Notes: a model not told the origin generated them from the letters alone. DNA of 64,000 bases from Candidatus Obscuribacterales bacterium (GCA_965228855.1 CBDDIJ010000002.1:1824001-1888000), one strand, 5' to 3'; shown: positions 38,239 to 49,233, numbered from the stretch's first letter. Translations and numbers: made by a program.

Positions 38239-39171
38239 TTAAACGCGAGCGCTTTTGCCGCAATCAGGACAGAAGAAGAATGAGGGGCTGATCTTCGCGT
38301 TGCAATGGGGGCATTCGCGCATGCCAATGTCCTCATCTCGCGTCGGATAGCGTCCTTCCATGATCTCTTTAAACTGCTTCCCTTCCGACCACGCTTTGAT
38401 TTCTTTAGCGCGATACACCGGCAGTGGGTGCGTGAGCCACAGTTCGTTAAACAGCTTGTAGAGCTTGTTCAGTGTGCTGTAGTCAAAGTCTTCGTAATTG
38501 TCCGCCTGACGTAAGAACTCATCGTGGTCCATCTGTTCGTAAATCGACCAGGAACCGCCGGCAAGCTTCATGTGAGTTCTGATGCAGGTTTCCAAATTCT
38601 GAGTTACAAGCAACTCGGCGCGGTCGGCAGTTAGTTCGGATTTCCGTGACCAGTCATACAACGCCACGCTCAGACCAAACTCGGCGAGCGTACCTCCTGT
38701 GCCGAAGACCATCGTAAGAATTTGTAGCAGGAAGTAGGCGATCGTTTTATACAGAACGTGACCGGCTTTTATGTGTCCGAGCTCGTGACCGAGTACACCC
38801 ATGAGCTCTTCTTCCGTCAGAAGATCGATTAATCCGGAATGGACGGCAATAATCGGGCGCTCGACTCCGAGCGTGAATGCATTCGGCTGCGGATTGCTGA
38901 TGATGAACAAGTCCGGTTCCGGCATGTCGAGAATATCGCAAGCTTCGCGGAAAAGTTTGTATATCTTCGGGCACTGCTTGGGCGTGACGTGCACCGCTCG
39001 TCCCATCATAGTGATGCGCAGGGCGCGCTCCGCCCCGAGCTCAATCAACTTCGTGAATATCTTGTCTAACAGCGGAATCTTCTTCACCGCATCCAACGCC
39101 GCACGATCCGCGGGATGTTCAAATGCGCTGGACGAAAGACGGGGGAATCTCTTCTTGGTTGCGGTGGTCAT
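38239..39171 (-). CDS. M48 family metallopeptidase with C-terminal zinc ribbon
   Basis: PNAFT, HELGH, ELTADR, THP; CPHC..FCPDCG. Confidence 0.9.
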   Translation of the reverse strand: MTTATKKRFPRLSSSAFEHPADRAALDAVKKIPLLDKIFTKLIELGAERALRITMMGRAVHVTPKQCPKIYKLFREACDILDMPEPDLFIISNPQPNAFTLGVERPIIAVHSGLIDLLTEEELMGVLGHELGHIKAGHVLYKTIAYFLLQILTMVFGTGGTLAEFGLSVALYDWSRKSELTADRAELLVTQNLETCIRTHMKLAGGSWSIYEQMDHDEFLRQADNYEDFDYSTLNKLYKLFNELWLTHPLPVYRAKEIKAWSEGKQFKEIMEGRYPTRDEDIGMRECPHCNAKISPSFFFCPDCGKSARV

Positions 39172-39562
39172 GCGTCCTCCCTTTCAGGTCGTTCCACTGA
39201 TATAGTACTGATTTCTTTCTACCCTGAAACACCTCTGGTCGGTGCAAATTAGGAGTTAAATTACATCCTTAATCCAGAATTCAGTGATTTGAAGAGCTAA
39301 GGCTTGGGGCTAAAGCCGAACACTATCAGGGTAAATACCGTTCTATCACTTTTAAGCGAAACCGACCGCGGCGCTCGGCGAAACGACACTTGAGATCAGA
39401 ACCGGGCAAACGTTCGACTGCTGCCAGGTTTGGGCTATTAACGCGATTCGTTTTGCAAGTTTGAAAGCAAAATACAATGTTCTCTTAACGTTTTACTGGG
39501 TGAAAACGCTCGTGCAGTGCGCGCCTTGCGCGGAACATCGTTCAAATTTTTCCGTGCTATGA

Positions 39563-40672
39563 GTGGTGCAGCGAAAGCAGGAGAACATCATGTTAAGCAG
39601 GAACCTCACGTCGAGAAGTCGAGTCGAGCAGCGCTTGCCGCGCCTGGACCGACACTCTTCCCGTTGCGACTTCTCGCTGACCGCCGGCTCAGAGCTGTCG
39701 AAGCGCGTGGACTCTTTTCACGCCTTCTTCTCGTGTTTAAACAGGACCGAGTCTTTTCATACCTTAACGCCTCGGCTTGAGCGCTTTTCGAGGCTGGGGC
39801 GGTTAATCCCTGGCCTGATGAGTATGGCTCTGGTAGTGAGCGTTGGGCTGTCAGCTCAATCGCCGGTCTATGCAGCCAAAGCCGCTGACACAGCCGTCGA
39901 GGTCAAGGTCGAAAAGGAAGATGGCAAAACCAAAGTCGAGACGAAAACGAAGGACGACTCCAGCGGCAAGGACTCGCATCTTAAAAAGGAAGATCGTGAA
40001 ACTCTGAAGGCTGTCAACGAAATTGACGGCGTTAACGTAGACCCAGCTAAATTCGAAGAGAAAAAGAAAAAGGGAATTGGTTTTCCAAACCCCGTGGGCT
40101 GGCTGCTGAAGCCTGTAACCGATATGCAAAAACGCGTGGTTCACCTGGAGCAGCAGATTATGCGGCTCGAAGGTCCGATCGCCGGTCTGCAAAAGCCGAT
40201 GAACGGTCTGCGCGGGCAAATGATCTCGGTTCAGGGAAATATGGGTAACCTCAGCACCGGAATGGGTAAGCTCGACCACAACATGGGTCGCCTGCAGGGC
40301 AACATGGGTAGCATCGAAACTAAGATGAACACCGTGGACGCTCGTCTGGCACGCATGGAAAAGCAGCTCAGTCGCATGTACGACCCAATCAATGGGCTGC
40401 AAGAGCCGATCGTGAAGTTGCAAAAACCGGTCGCCGGAGTGAGCGACCAACTCAGCACCTTAAAGAATGACTTGTCTGAGCTGAAGACGGTTGTTAATAC
40501 AACCAGTACTTTGATACTCGTCGCGATCGTCGCCATCGGTCTTTTGGTCGTCGTCGGCACGCCGGTTGTCGGCGTACTCGCCTGGAAGTACAGAGCGAAG
40601 ATCATCAAGCAGGTAGACCCTGCCGCTGGAAAACGCGAAGAAGAGAAGCAGCTGGCTTCTTCAATCAGGTAG
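39563..40672 (+). CDS. Membrane-anchored coiled-coil protein (start probably further downstream)
   Basis: Signal-like MSMALVV..YAA, heptad repeats, C-terminal TM. Confidence 0.65.
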   Translation: MVQRKQENIMLSRNLTSRSRVEQRLPRLDRHSSRCDFSLTAGSELSKRVDSFHAFFSCLNRTESFHTLTPRLERFSRLGRLIPGLMSMALVVSVGLSAQSPVYAAKAADTAVEVKVEKEDGKTKVETKTKDDSSGKDSHLKKEDRETLKAVNEIDGVNVDPAKFEEKKKKGIGFPNPVGWLLKPVTDMQKRVVHLEQQIMRLEGPIAGLQKPMNGLRGQMISVQGNMGNLSTGMGKLDHNMGRLQGNMGSIETKMNTVDARLARMEKQLSRMYDPINGLQEPIVKLQKPVAGVSDQLSTLKNDLSELKTVVNTTSTLILVAIVAIGLLVVVGTPVVGVLAWKYRAKIIKQVDPAAGKREEEKQLASSIR

Positions 40673-40745
40673 CCCGCTACGAGAGAACGAATTATACGGA
40701 TTATTGGCTGCAGCAATGCACGTCGCGCCCCAAGAGGAAAGGATT

Positions 40746-41252
40746 ATGATAGATTTTGGAAATCGCACTCGGTTTGTCGAGGATAGAATGAATGCCACCG
40801 GACCTGGTACCACCATCGTCAAGCATGAGCGCGAACCGATGTCTGGTTGGATAATGGCCTTTATGGTTATGGTAGTTTTAGTCGGTCTCGGTTTTATGTC
40901 ATTGATGGACTTGTCGTCGCAACAGACAAAAACTGAGCGCGAGCTGTTCCAGCTTCAGCAGGAGTTCAATAAAAGCAAAGCTGATGCGGAGTTGGGCGTC
41001 TATAGCGCGAGTCGCGACGACGTTTACTCTCAGTTGAATTCTGACACTGAAGTAGTTGATGGAACGATGGTCGACCCAAACGCAGTCGGCGCGATGAGAA
41101 GCACAGATGACCTGGCGGCTCCGTTCCCGATCGGCGCGGAACGAGCAATTGAAAAACTCGAGGGTACCTCGACTCCCGTTGCGACTGCGGTTCCCGAAGT
41201 AAACCCAACGCCTGTCCCGGGCGCGACTCCGGTTCCAGGAGCGACACAGTAA
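40746..41252 (+). CDS. Single-TM hypothetical protein
   Basis: RBS before MIDFG, one TM helix, TPVPGA repeats. Confidence 0.6.
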   Translation: MIDFGNRTRFVEDRMNATGPGTTIVKHEREPMSGWIMAFMVMVVLVGLGFMSLMDLSSQQTKTERELFQLQQEFNKSKADAELGVYSASRDDVYSQLNSDTEVVDGTMVDPNAVGAMRSTDDLAAPFPIGAERAIEKLEGTSTPVATAVPEVNPTPVPGATPVPGATQ

Positions 41253-41316
41253 TCAATACCGTTCACCAAGTGCGTTGATGACTGAATAGTCGAACCTGAC
41301 TAACCAGAAGTTTGAG

Positions 41317-41346
41317 AAGGTTGCTGAACATCAGCAACCTTTGTTT
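41317..41346 (+). terminator. Rho-independent terminator
   Basis: AAGGTTGCTGA/TCAGCAACCTT plus T-rich tail. Confidence 0.65.
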
Positions 41347-41424
41347 TCTGGCAAAACCTTTAGCATTGGAATATGATGACCTGAGCTTCAAGGCGTGCTA
41401 CAGATCGCCCAGGTGAACGACCCA

Positions 41425-43044
41425 ATGAATAATTCTGTCAGCCGAAGAAGGTTTCTAAAAATCGCACTTAAAGCTGTTACGCTTCCGAGCAGCCTTTTGT
41501 TTGGAACCAGCCTCGCCACCGCCAGCGGTGCTCAGTCGAGAAGTCGGCTGAATATAGCAGAAACAGCTGACCATCGGATAACAGAACGGTCTGCAGTGCC
41601 CGGCAAGTCGGTTCCGGGGGACCCTGATTGGAACGCAGGTTGCGAATCTCCTGTTATTCTCCTTGCCAACGATTTGCATTCACAGCTGAATGCAACTCAA
41701 ATTGCCAGGGTCCAAACCGTTACATCTTTGACCGCGCTCCAGGCGTTTATTAAAAGTGCTGCCGGTAAGCGCCAGTCGTTTTCGACATGCGGTGGCAGGC
41801 ATGCTGGAGGCGGACAACAGTTCGCCCGTATGAAGCCGCTTTTGGATACCACTAAAATGAATCGCGTTCTTTCACTCGACAAAAAGCGTGGATTACTGGA
41901 GGTCGAATCCGGAATCAAGTGGCCCGCTCTACTGTTTTATCTAAACCATGCGAATCGCCATTCATCTAAACCCTGGGGTATCGCTCAAAAGCAGACGGGG
42001 ACAGATTTGCTGACGCTCGGTGGAACCCTGAGTGCGAATGCCCACGGTCAAGGGTTGGCAATGAAACCATTTGTTGGTGACATCGAATCATTTGTAATCG
42101 TCAATTCGAAGGGGGAGGCGGTAACTTGCAGTCGCTCTCAAAATCGAGAACTGTTCGGTCTCGCCATCGGTGGCTACGGTCTGTTTGGAACCGTTTATTC
42201 AATCAAATTGCGTCTGCGCCCCAGGCAAAAAGTACAGCGACTGGTCGAGATGATGAATGTTGATGAGGTTATTCCAACGGTAGAAAGCTGCATTGCAAGT
42301 GGTTTTCCGTACGGGGATTTTCAATTCGACATTGATGAGCGCTCGGACGGTTATCTCAAGTATGGAATTTTTTCGAAGTATAAACCTGTAGAGATCACGA
42401 CGCCTTTGCGAGAAGATCAGCATCCCTTGAGCCTGCAGGAGTGGATGGCGTTTGTTCAGCATGCTCATGTGAATAAGAAAGAGACGTTCCAGAAATTTGC
42501 GGAGTTCTATAAATCCAGTTCGGGTTTTGTAAATTGGTCAGACGTATGGCAGACCAGCACTTATTTGAACAACTACCATGCTCAAATAGACAAGGCGTTG
42601 AATTACCCAAATAAAACGACAGAGGTGCTCACTGAAATATATGTGCCTCGAAAAAGTCTTGTCGATTTTATAGACGAGGCTCGTGAGTATTTTTTGAAGA
42701 ATGACGTGAACCTGATCTACAGTACGATTCGGTTTATAGCGAAAGATGATGAGACATTTCTGCCGTGGGCTAAGGATGATTATGCGTGCGTAATCTTCAA
42801 TTTGCACACCATCCATACCTCGACAGGTATTGAACACTCCGCTCGTGCTTTTCGACATCTCATCGACCTTGCCATTAAATATGGTGGCAGCTATTACCTG
42901 ACATATCACAAGTTCGCGACCCGGGAACAGGTGCAGGCTTGCTATCCGCAGTTTCAGGATTTCTTGCGGCTAAAGCTTCGATATGACCCTGATGAACAGT
43001 TTTGTAGTAATTGGTACTGGCACTATAGAGATTTGTTTGCGTAA
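41425..43044 (+). CDS. Tat-exported FAD-binding oxidoreductase (VAO/arabinono-lactone oxidase-like)
   Basis: SRRRFLK; GGRHA.GGQ, TLGG.LSANAHG, GGYGLFG, GGSYYLTYH, K..YDP...F. Confidence 0.85.
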   Translation: MNNSVSRRRFLKIALKAVTLPSSLLFGTSLATASGAQSRSRLNIAETADHRITERSAVPGKSVPGDPDWNAGCESPVILLANDLHSQLNATQIARVQTVTSLTALQAFIKSAAGKRQSFSTCGGRHAGGGQQFARMKPLLDTTKMNRVLSLDKKRGLLEVESGIKWPALLFYLNHANRHSSKPWGIAQKQTGTDLLTLGGTLSANAHGQGLAMKPFVGDIESFVIVNSKGEAVTCSRSQNRELFGLAIGGYGLFGTVYSIKLRLRPRQKVQRLVEMMNVDEVIPTVESCIASGFPYGDFQFDIDERSDGYLKYGIFSKYKPVEITTPLREDQHPLSLQEWMAFVQHAHVNKKETFQKFAEFYKSSSGFVNWSDVWQTSTYLNNYHAQIDKALNYPNKTTEVLTEIYVPRKSLVDFIDEAREYFLKNDVNLIYSTIRFIAKDDETFLPWAKDDYACVIFNLHTIHTSTGIEHSARAFRHLIDLAIKYGGSYYLTYHKFATREQVQACYPQFQDFLRLKLRYDPDEQFCSNWYWHYRDLFA

Positions 43045-43640
43045 GCGAGGTTCAGTAACCAGGTTCATTAATCCGCTTTGGAGTGCTTTCTCCGCCCGCT
43101 CGTGTGAATTTAGCTAGCTGAAAGTAAACGACCAGTCTCGATCACGTTTGTGATCGAGTTGTGTGCGAACTTTCATAAATCGATGATGCGCGTCCGAAAG
43201 CGGCTTCTGATGCACTTCTTCGTGGTCAGCTTTCTGAAGCGAAATTTGCATTCTCTTTGCTTCTGAAAAAGGCGATCACAAGATACGAACATTGGGTTGC
43301 TAACCTTATCCGAGTAAAGACGCAGCAAGCCACGAGCGTCCTATGCATAAGTTTCAAGCGCTGGTTGCTGACAACTAGTGAATTGTCCAAGCCTTCTTCT
43401 AGCGGTTCTTGAAACGTTCTCTACAACAGAATAGCTTTTCCCACCTCGATAGTTGGTAAAGTCTATGAGTTCCCCGACTCATAGATTTTGCCTATTTGGG
43501 CTTCCCGTACCCGAAGTAGCCATATTCCGGTGGCGGCATGGGGGCGAAGTGTTTTCCATTCAGCCACCGGAATGTGCCGATAGCCCATTCGTCATGCGGA
43601 ATCAAGTTCGCACGAACCCAATACTGCAACAGGAATTAAA

Positions 43641-43703
43641 CTAATTAGAGCGTGACGAATTCGAATTAGAGCGTGACGAATTCTAATTAGAGCGTGACAA
43701 TTT
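43641..43703. repeat. 21-bp tandem triplication covering a gene 3' end
   Basis: C(T/G)AATTAGAGCGTGAC(G/A)A(A/T)TT at 43641, 43662 and 43683. Confidence 0.9.
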
Positions 43704-45708
43704 CCAGACCGCGGCCTGCGACGAGAGCGATTTTGCTCTGGACGGAAACGGCCGAAGCTGCCTCGAGTCCGCCAAAACTTGCTTTTACGCTGGGATTTTG
43801 CGCGTTCGATATGTCTATGACGGAAACCAAATCTTTGCCGGACGGGTCCTGTCCAACTGAGACTGCTCGTGTGTCCGTGGCAGACAGAGCGGTTCCGTTA
43901 TGCTGAAGGTCGATGGTGCCCTCTACCTTTAACTCTTTGTCGGTCTTTGACATAACTATCAGAAAGCCTTTGGAGTTCTGATCCACGGCGGTAGCAAGCA
44001 CGTTGTGCTCCGTGATGCAGATGTCTCTTACTGCAAGATTGTCGAACTTGCGGCGACCGATCTCTTTTACTTCCGAGTCAATGCTGAATAAAGCGACCTC
44101 ATGAATGTCGCTTGCGAAGAGCGTTCCGCCCATCGATTCAATGTTTGTGAAGTTGCCTGGCAGGTCAAAAGGTTTTTGTGCTTCCAAATTGTCGGAGAAA
44201 ACTTTGATTGGATAAACGCGCGTGATCTTGCCCATCGCGTCTGCAACATACGCCTTGTGCTGCGATTTATCAAAGGTGAGGGTTCTACATTTGTCCGGCA
44301 CTTTTGCACTGGCTAGCTGGCGATCCAGTTGAGCCATTTTGCGCAGTGTCACTGCTTCCTTCTCCAGGCAAAGAATGAAGCTTCCAGCGCCAACCATCGC
44401 TCTGACAGAGGTCGATAGCGGGGAGCTTGACACCAGGTGTGGGTGCTCGGGATCGGCGATGTCGTAAAGCATGAGCTCGGCACCGACGAGTACGACTTGA
44501 GAGCCCCAGGCGGCGATGCCAGCTGCGGCGAGTCTGGGAATCTTATAGTTGTAAGCGCTTGTCCAACTGCCGGCTGAACTGTTTAGCACTTGCACGCCGG
44601 ACCAACCAGACGCGATGTACATCTCCTTTCCGTTTACCACCATGCTCGCTCGCTCGACGGAAGAGGCCTTGGCGATCGGTACATCGGTGGTTTGAGTGCG
44701 CGATAGATTGTTTAGCTTGTCCAGAGATAAAGCGTTCAAAACAAGCTTTCCGTTTCCGCTCTTTGTGAGAACCAGGTACTGACTGCCTTGCGACGTGACG
44801 GACAAAATTTTCTCCTGGTCGTCCAGCGGTACCGTCGATACTGCATGCGGTGCAGGTTTCAACGCAATGGTGCTTGCTTGTAGTTGGCGACCGGACTGAT
44901 CCGATGAACCGGCAAGTATAAGAGTATTGCCTACGCGGGTCATCTTCTCATAGCAGCCCTTTACTTCGAGCGAATGTGTCTGTTGCGGCGAACTCAGCTG
45001 TCCAAGGCTGTAGCAGTCAAGCTGCGTGTTGGACCCGTTCTCCTGAACGAGAATCAGTTCTCGTTTTGAATAGTCGATTGCCGCGACAGGTAATTTAGTC
45101 GTGATCGAGGAGATCATGGTGGCATCTTTGCTGCGTTTGCCGGGAGGCGTATAGAGCGCGACTAGATGTTCTCCGCTGCGGGATTTACCGCCGACAAACA
45201 ATACGTCTTTATCTGCAAACAGAACATTTGCATCGTCATGCTGCTCGAGAAGTGTCTTTGATACTACAGACGGTGAATCTGGTTTCGTAATGTCGATAGC
45301 GACCAGGTAGAATTTTGCTTCCGGTCCTTCGGCTGGATCTTTCATCAGCGCATAGGCGAAAGATTGCGCCTTTCCGACCTTCAGAGCGACAACACGCTTT
45401 CCAATGCCGGACAGTTCTGCCACTACTTTCGGTGGCGACTTTGCACTGGCACTTCCTGCCTTTCGCAAATCCACAACCGAGAATCGACCGAATTGATCGC
45501 TGAAAACCAGATATCCCTTCCTGTCTATGTCGACATGGTCTGGGACGATCGCGGGTGGCCATGCCTCTTTCGATAGGCTGTGCGGTCCGGTTATTGTAAC
45601 CGGCTTGGCTTTTTTCTTGAGCTTTGCGTGGGCGGGCAGACATTCAGTAAGCTCGAAGAAAATCAGGCTTCCAAAGGCACGAGAAAGGAAACTTCTTCTA
45701 GAAAGCAT
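43687..45708 (-). CDS. Tat-exported beta-propeller (LVIVD-like repeat) protein
   Basis: SRRSFL; repeated L..(I/Y)DI..P..P motifs. Confidence 0.75.
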   Translation of the reverse strand: MLSRRSFLSRAFGSLIFFELTECLPAHAKLKKKAKPVTITGPHSLSKEAWPPAIVPDHVDIDRKGYLVFSDQFGRFSVVDLRKAGSASAKSPPKVVAELSGIGKRVVALKVGKAQSFAYALMKDPAEGPEAKFYLVAIDITKPDSPSVVSKTLLEQHDDANVLFADKDVLFVGGKSRSGEHLVALYTPPGKRSKDATMISSITTKLPVAAIDYSKRELILVQENGSNTQLDCYSLGQLSSPQQTHSLEVKGCYEKMTRVGNTLILAGSSDQSGRQLQASTIALKPAPHAVSTVPLDDQEKILSVTSQGSQYLVLTKSGNGKLVLNALSLDKLNNLSRTQTTDVPIAKASSVERASMVVNGKEMYIASGWSGVQVLNSSAGSWTSAYNYKIPRLAAAGIAAWGSQVVLVGAELMLYDIADPEHPHLVSSSPLSTSVRAMVGAGSFILCLEKEAVTLRKMAQLDRQLASAKVPDKCRTLTFDKSQHKAYVADAMGKITRVYPIKVFSDNLEAQKPFDLPGNFTNIESMGGTLFASDIHEVALFSIDSEVKEIGRRKFDNLAVRDICITEHNVLATAVDQNSKGFLIVMSKTDKELKVEGTIDLQHNGTALSATDTRAVSVGQDPSGKDLVSVIDISNAQNPSVKASFGGLEAASAVSVQSKIALVAGRGLEIVTL

Positions 45709-45736
45709 ATGCGGTTGTTAACGTCATTGGGGTGTC

Positions 45737-45991
45737 TTACAGGAAATTGTTGATAAGACCAAACAGTCCTTGAAGACACATTATAGCTACGATCGGCGAG
45801 AGATCAATGTTGCCGATGGGAGGAATAATTTTACGAAAAGGTTCGATGACAGGTCTGACAATCTTGTCGAGAGTCTTAAAAGGTTGGTCATACCAGTTGA
45901 TATTCGGAAACCAGCTCAACAGGCACCAGATAATCAGCAAAAAGTTGAATAACTGAAGTACACTTCCGAGTATCTGTGCAATAGGGCTCAT
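45737..45991 (-). CDS. yggT: YggT family membrane protein
   Basis: LLSWFP, P...PFRKIIPPIG.IDLSPIVA. Confidence 0.92.
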   Translation of the reverse strand: MSPIAQILGSVLQLFNFLLIIWCLLSWFPNINWYDQPFKTLDKIVRPVIEPFRKIIPPIGNIDLSPIVAIMCLQGLFGLINNFL

Positions 45992-46078
45992 GCGATTACC
46001 TTCTTTAAATAGACTCCCCTATGGGCTGATTGTAGCATTTTATATGTTTGCAACCACGTTGAATACGGGAAAAACACG

Positions 46079-47158
46079 ATGAATTCCGAAGCGTCCTCTC
46101 AGACAGCCGAGCAGCGTTTGGTTGAGCAAATTAAAGATTGGACAAGCAGCAGATATATTGGTGATGACTGCGCCATTTTGCCGGGAGGACTTCTTGTAAG
46201 TGTTGACAGCCTGGCAGAGGGTACGCATTTTAGTCTGAAAACCACTAACCTCGCCGATCTCGGTTGGAAGTCCGCAGCAGTCAACTTGAGTGATATAGCC
46301 GCGATGGCGGGGCGTCCTCGATATCTATTGATTAGTTTAGGTTTCCCGCCGGCGCTGCTCGAGTCGCAGATCGAGCGATTCTATGCCGGTTTTGTCGATT
46401 GTGCCAGGGCGTTTCGCGTGCAAATCGCAGGTGGCGATTTAATTAAATCTACCAGCGTCAGCATCTCCGTGACGGCTATTGGCGACGTGCACGAGCATGG
46501 CGTGATGCGGCGAGACGGTGCGAAACCGGGTGACATCATAATAGTTACTGGTGATTTCGGCGCCAGCGCGGCAGGTTTGCACCTTCTCGCCCAGCAGGCT
46601 GAAACTTCGGGCGAGACAGTTTTTGCAGAGCGACAGGCAGCAGCAAATGCGCGAAGCTACTGCATAAACCGCCATCTAAGACCATTGCCACGACTCTGCG
46701 AAGCCTGGGCGTTAAACCGTTCCGCCCGTGGCGCAGGCGCGCTTATGGATGCTTCCGACGGTCTGGCCGATGCGCTCGTTCAACTGGCCCGCGCCTCTAA
46801 AGTTTCACTCACAGTTGATCTTGAAAAGGTTCCAGTTCATGACGAAACCATCGATGCGGCAAAAAAAGCGGGGCTCGATCCTTTAGACTGGGTGCTCTAC
46901 GGTGGAGAGGACTACGAGCTGGTTGCCTGTGTCTCTGAAGAATCGTGGCAAAAAATCCGCGATTCAAACGGCGCTGGTAATCCATTTACAGCCATCGGAG
47001 TGGTGAACGGCGATTTTGTCTTCGACGGCAAAGTCGCAGAGGAAGCCAGCGTTTCAAAAAACTCGCCAGTGTCACCCGTGACTTTGACGAATGGTTTGAA
47101 ACCCGGACCGGAACTCGATCTCAACAGGTGCTATCAGCACGCCCTCGCGTCGCAATAG
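46079..47158 (+). CDS. thiL: Thiamine-monophosphate kinase
   Basis: IGDDCA, EGTHF, NLSDIAAM, GGD, D.SDGL, GGEDYEL. Confidence 0.95.
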   Translation: MNSEASSQTAEQRLVEQIKDWTSSRYIGDDCAILPGGLLVSVDSLAEGTHFSLKTTNLADLGWKSAAVNLSDIAAMAGRPRYLLISLGFPPALLESQIERFYAGFVDCARAFRVQIAGGDLIKSTSVSISVTAIGDVHEHGVMRRDGAKPGDIIIVTGDFGASAAGLHLLAQQAETSGETVFAERQAAANARSYCINRHLRPLPRLCEAWALNRSARGAGALMDASDGLADALVQLARASKVSLTVDLEKVPVHDETIDAAKKAGLDPLDWVLYGGEDYELVACVSEESWQKIRDSNGAGNPFTAIGVVNGDFVFDGKVAEEASVSKNSPVSPVTLTNGLKPGPELDLNRCYQHALASQ

Positions 47159-47228
47159 CTTCACTAGAAAAGCAAAGTGCAGTGAAATCAGAGCCCGCTT
47201 TAAACCCCGCATATAAAAGGAATCGATC

Positions 47229-48113
47229 GTGCCAGAAACTCAAATAGCTGAAATTCTCGATGGAAAAGCCTGCGCCGCGGACACGCGAAATGGTCTCAAG
47301 GAGCGGGTCGCAGTCCACACGGGCAAAGGAAATCGAGCGCCCGGTCTTGCTGTCATTCTGGTCGGCGACAATCCAGCCAGCGAGCTTTACGTCAAAAACA
47401 AAATTACTGCGTGCAAAAACGTTGGCATCGAGAGCTTCCTTCATAAGTTTCCCGCGGATGCCACCGAAGAAGAGGTTATGAAAACGGTTCAGATTCTAAA
47501 TGACTCTGATACCGTAGATGGTATCTTGGTGCAATTGCCGCTGCCGGGTCATCTCAACGAAGCCAAGATCCTGGAAGCAATGCGCCCTGACAAAGACGCG
47601 GACGGTTTACACCCTTACAATCTTGGCCTGTTGCTCAGCGGCAAGCCGGGGCTGCAACCATGCACGCCTGCCGGAATAATGGTTTTGCTGGACAAGTACA
47701 ATGTCAAGCTCGAGGGTGTCAAAGCTACTGTCATCGGTCGTTCCAATTTGGTTGGAAAACCGATTGCGCTTATGCTCATGCAGCGCAATGCGACAGTGAC
47801 CATCTGCCATTCGCGCACGAAAAACTTGAAAGAGATCGTTCAAGAGACCGATGTTCTTGTGGTCGCGATTGGCAAATCGCAATTCGTTCAAGGTGATTGG
47901 ATCAAGCCGGGCGCGGTCGTCGTCGACGTTGGCATCCACTACGAGAAAGGTGAGGGCGACAAATCTGTCATCACTGGCGACGTCGATTACAAAGCGGCTA
48001 AGCCGGTTGCGAAGATGATCACGCCGGTGCCTGGCGGAGTAGGACCGATGACAGTGGCGCAGCTGCTGGCGAACACGGTTTATTCATATGAAAAACGGCT
48101 GGGGTTGCAGTAA
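47229..48113 (+). CDS. folD: Methylenetetrahydrofolate dehydrogenase/cyclohydrolase
   Basis: YVKNK, GILVQLPLP, KDADG, PCTP, GRSNLVGKP, TPVPGGVGPMT. Confidence 0.97.
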   Translation: MPETQIAEILDGKACAADTRNGLKERVAVHTGKGNRAPGLAVILVGDNPASELYVKNKITACKNVGIESFLHKFPADATEEEVMKTVQILNDSDTVDGILVQLPLPGHLNEAKILEAMRPDKDADGLHPYNLGLLLSGKPGLQPCTPAGIMVLLDKYNVKLEGVKATVIGRSNLVGKPIALMLMQRNATVTICHSRTKNLKEIVQETDVLVVAIGKSQFVQGDWIKPGAVVVDVGIHYEKGEGDKSVITGDVDYKAAKPVAKMITPVPGGVGPMTVAQLLANTVYSYEKRLGLQ

Positions 48114-48210
48114 GCATCTGGTTTGTTGCAGTGAAACTTGGCGGAGCGAACGGTTTGAACCGCTTGCCTGACGTTCGGGCAGGTTTGTGAAACAATAGCC
48201 GTTAGAAGAC

Positions 48211-48867
48211 GTGGGCGTTTCGATGAGTAAGAAAGACAATTCCAAACCATTGCCGCTATGGGCGAAAGGGCTAATTCTGCTCGTTGCGTTTGGGATGGTC
48301 GGTGCTCTTGCGTCCGTGATCCTGTTGACTGCTGGACTCAAGTTTCAAATCGACAATTCGCAAGACCCGCGATACATTCGGCAGGTCGCGGCCAAAATGA
48401 TTCGATTGCCGGAGCCGTTGCCGAAGGACTATCAATATATTCTGGGCGCCGACCTGTGGTTCGCTCAAGTTGTTTCTATTGACTACAAAAACGGGTTCCA
48501 GCGGCTTGTTTTCGTAGCCTGCCCGACTGACAAAAACGCGCAGCAGATGCTCACGGATGCGTTCGAACGCGGCATGATCACCGCTGAGGCTCAGACGCGG
48601 TTTACCAGTGTGATAACCGAGGGCGGGTGGCTGATTCAGGATACGCAGATTCCATACAGGGTTGGCAAGTTGGCCGATAACGGTGGAATCGGTTTGGTCG
48701 CAGTTGTTTCCACAGTTGGTGATGGCTTGCCCCAACCCGGACAGGCGCCCGCTCCTGTCGGTGGCGAAAGAAGTCAATCGGGTCGTGGCTTGATCCTCTA
48801 CGCCTTGCAGCCCAAGGGTGAGACTTTCGACATGAAAGTGTGTACGGATTTGCTGCAGCCTTTTTAG
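48211..48867 (+). CDS. Single-TM hypothetical protein
   Basis: N-terminal TM helix, 218-aa ORF. Confidence 0.6.
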   Translation: MGVSMSKKDNSKPLPLWAKGLILLVAFGMVGALASVILLTAGLKFQIDNSQDPRYIRQVAAKMIRLPEPLPKDYQYILGADLWFAQVVSIDYKNGFQRLVFVACPTDKNAQQMLTDAFERGMITAEAQTRFTSVITEGGWLIQDTQIPYRVGKLADNGGIGLVAVVSTVGDGLPQPGQAPAPVGGERSQSGRGLILYALQPKGETFDMKVCTDLLQPF

Positions 48868-48978
48868 GAATTTGTAAATCCCCTTAATAGGCGTTAGCAT
48901 CGGACCTGCGAAGCCCTATACTTGTATCTGTTACAGGAGCCAGTCAAGAGGCTCGACCCGACAGCTAGGAGACGAAGC

Positions 48979-49140
48979 ATGAGCGCAGGGCACAGCAACA
49001 CGAGTCAACAATGGTTGATATTCTTCTTTGTCTGCTTTGCGATGTCGGTCTTCGCGATAGGGGTGTGGGCAGCGTTCAACTACGACGTGCATAAAGCAAC
49101 CTTGCCGCCTGGCGCTTCCAGCAGCGGCGGCGGTCACTAA
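48979..49140 (+). CDS. Small membrane protein
   Basis: AGGAG RBS before MSAGH; one TM helix; followed by terminator. Confidence 0.5.
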   Translation: MSAGHSNTSQQWLIFFFVCFAMSVFAIGVWAAFNYDVHKATLPPGASSSGGGH

Positions 49141-49178
49141 ATAGAGCGAGCCAGTCGAGGTCATTGTTAGAGAAAGCA

Positions 49179-49205
49179 AAACGCACTGTTGAAAACAGTG
49201 CGTTT
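49179..49205. terminator. Bidirectional terminator hairpin
   Basis: AAACGCACTGTT/AACAGTGCGTTT between convergent genes. Confidence 0.7.
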
Positions 49206-49233
49206 CTTAGTTTGTGGATTGCTACTGAAAACT

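Noticed and set aside
43270..43410. Possible IS5 transposase remnant (ITRYEHWVAN)
   Set aside because: Only a few residues resemble the motif; no terminal inverted repeats or DDE region found
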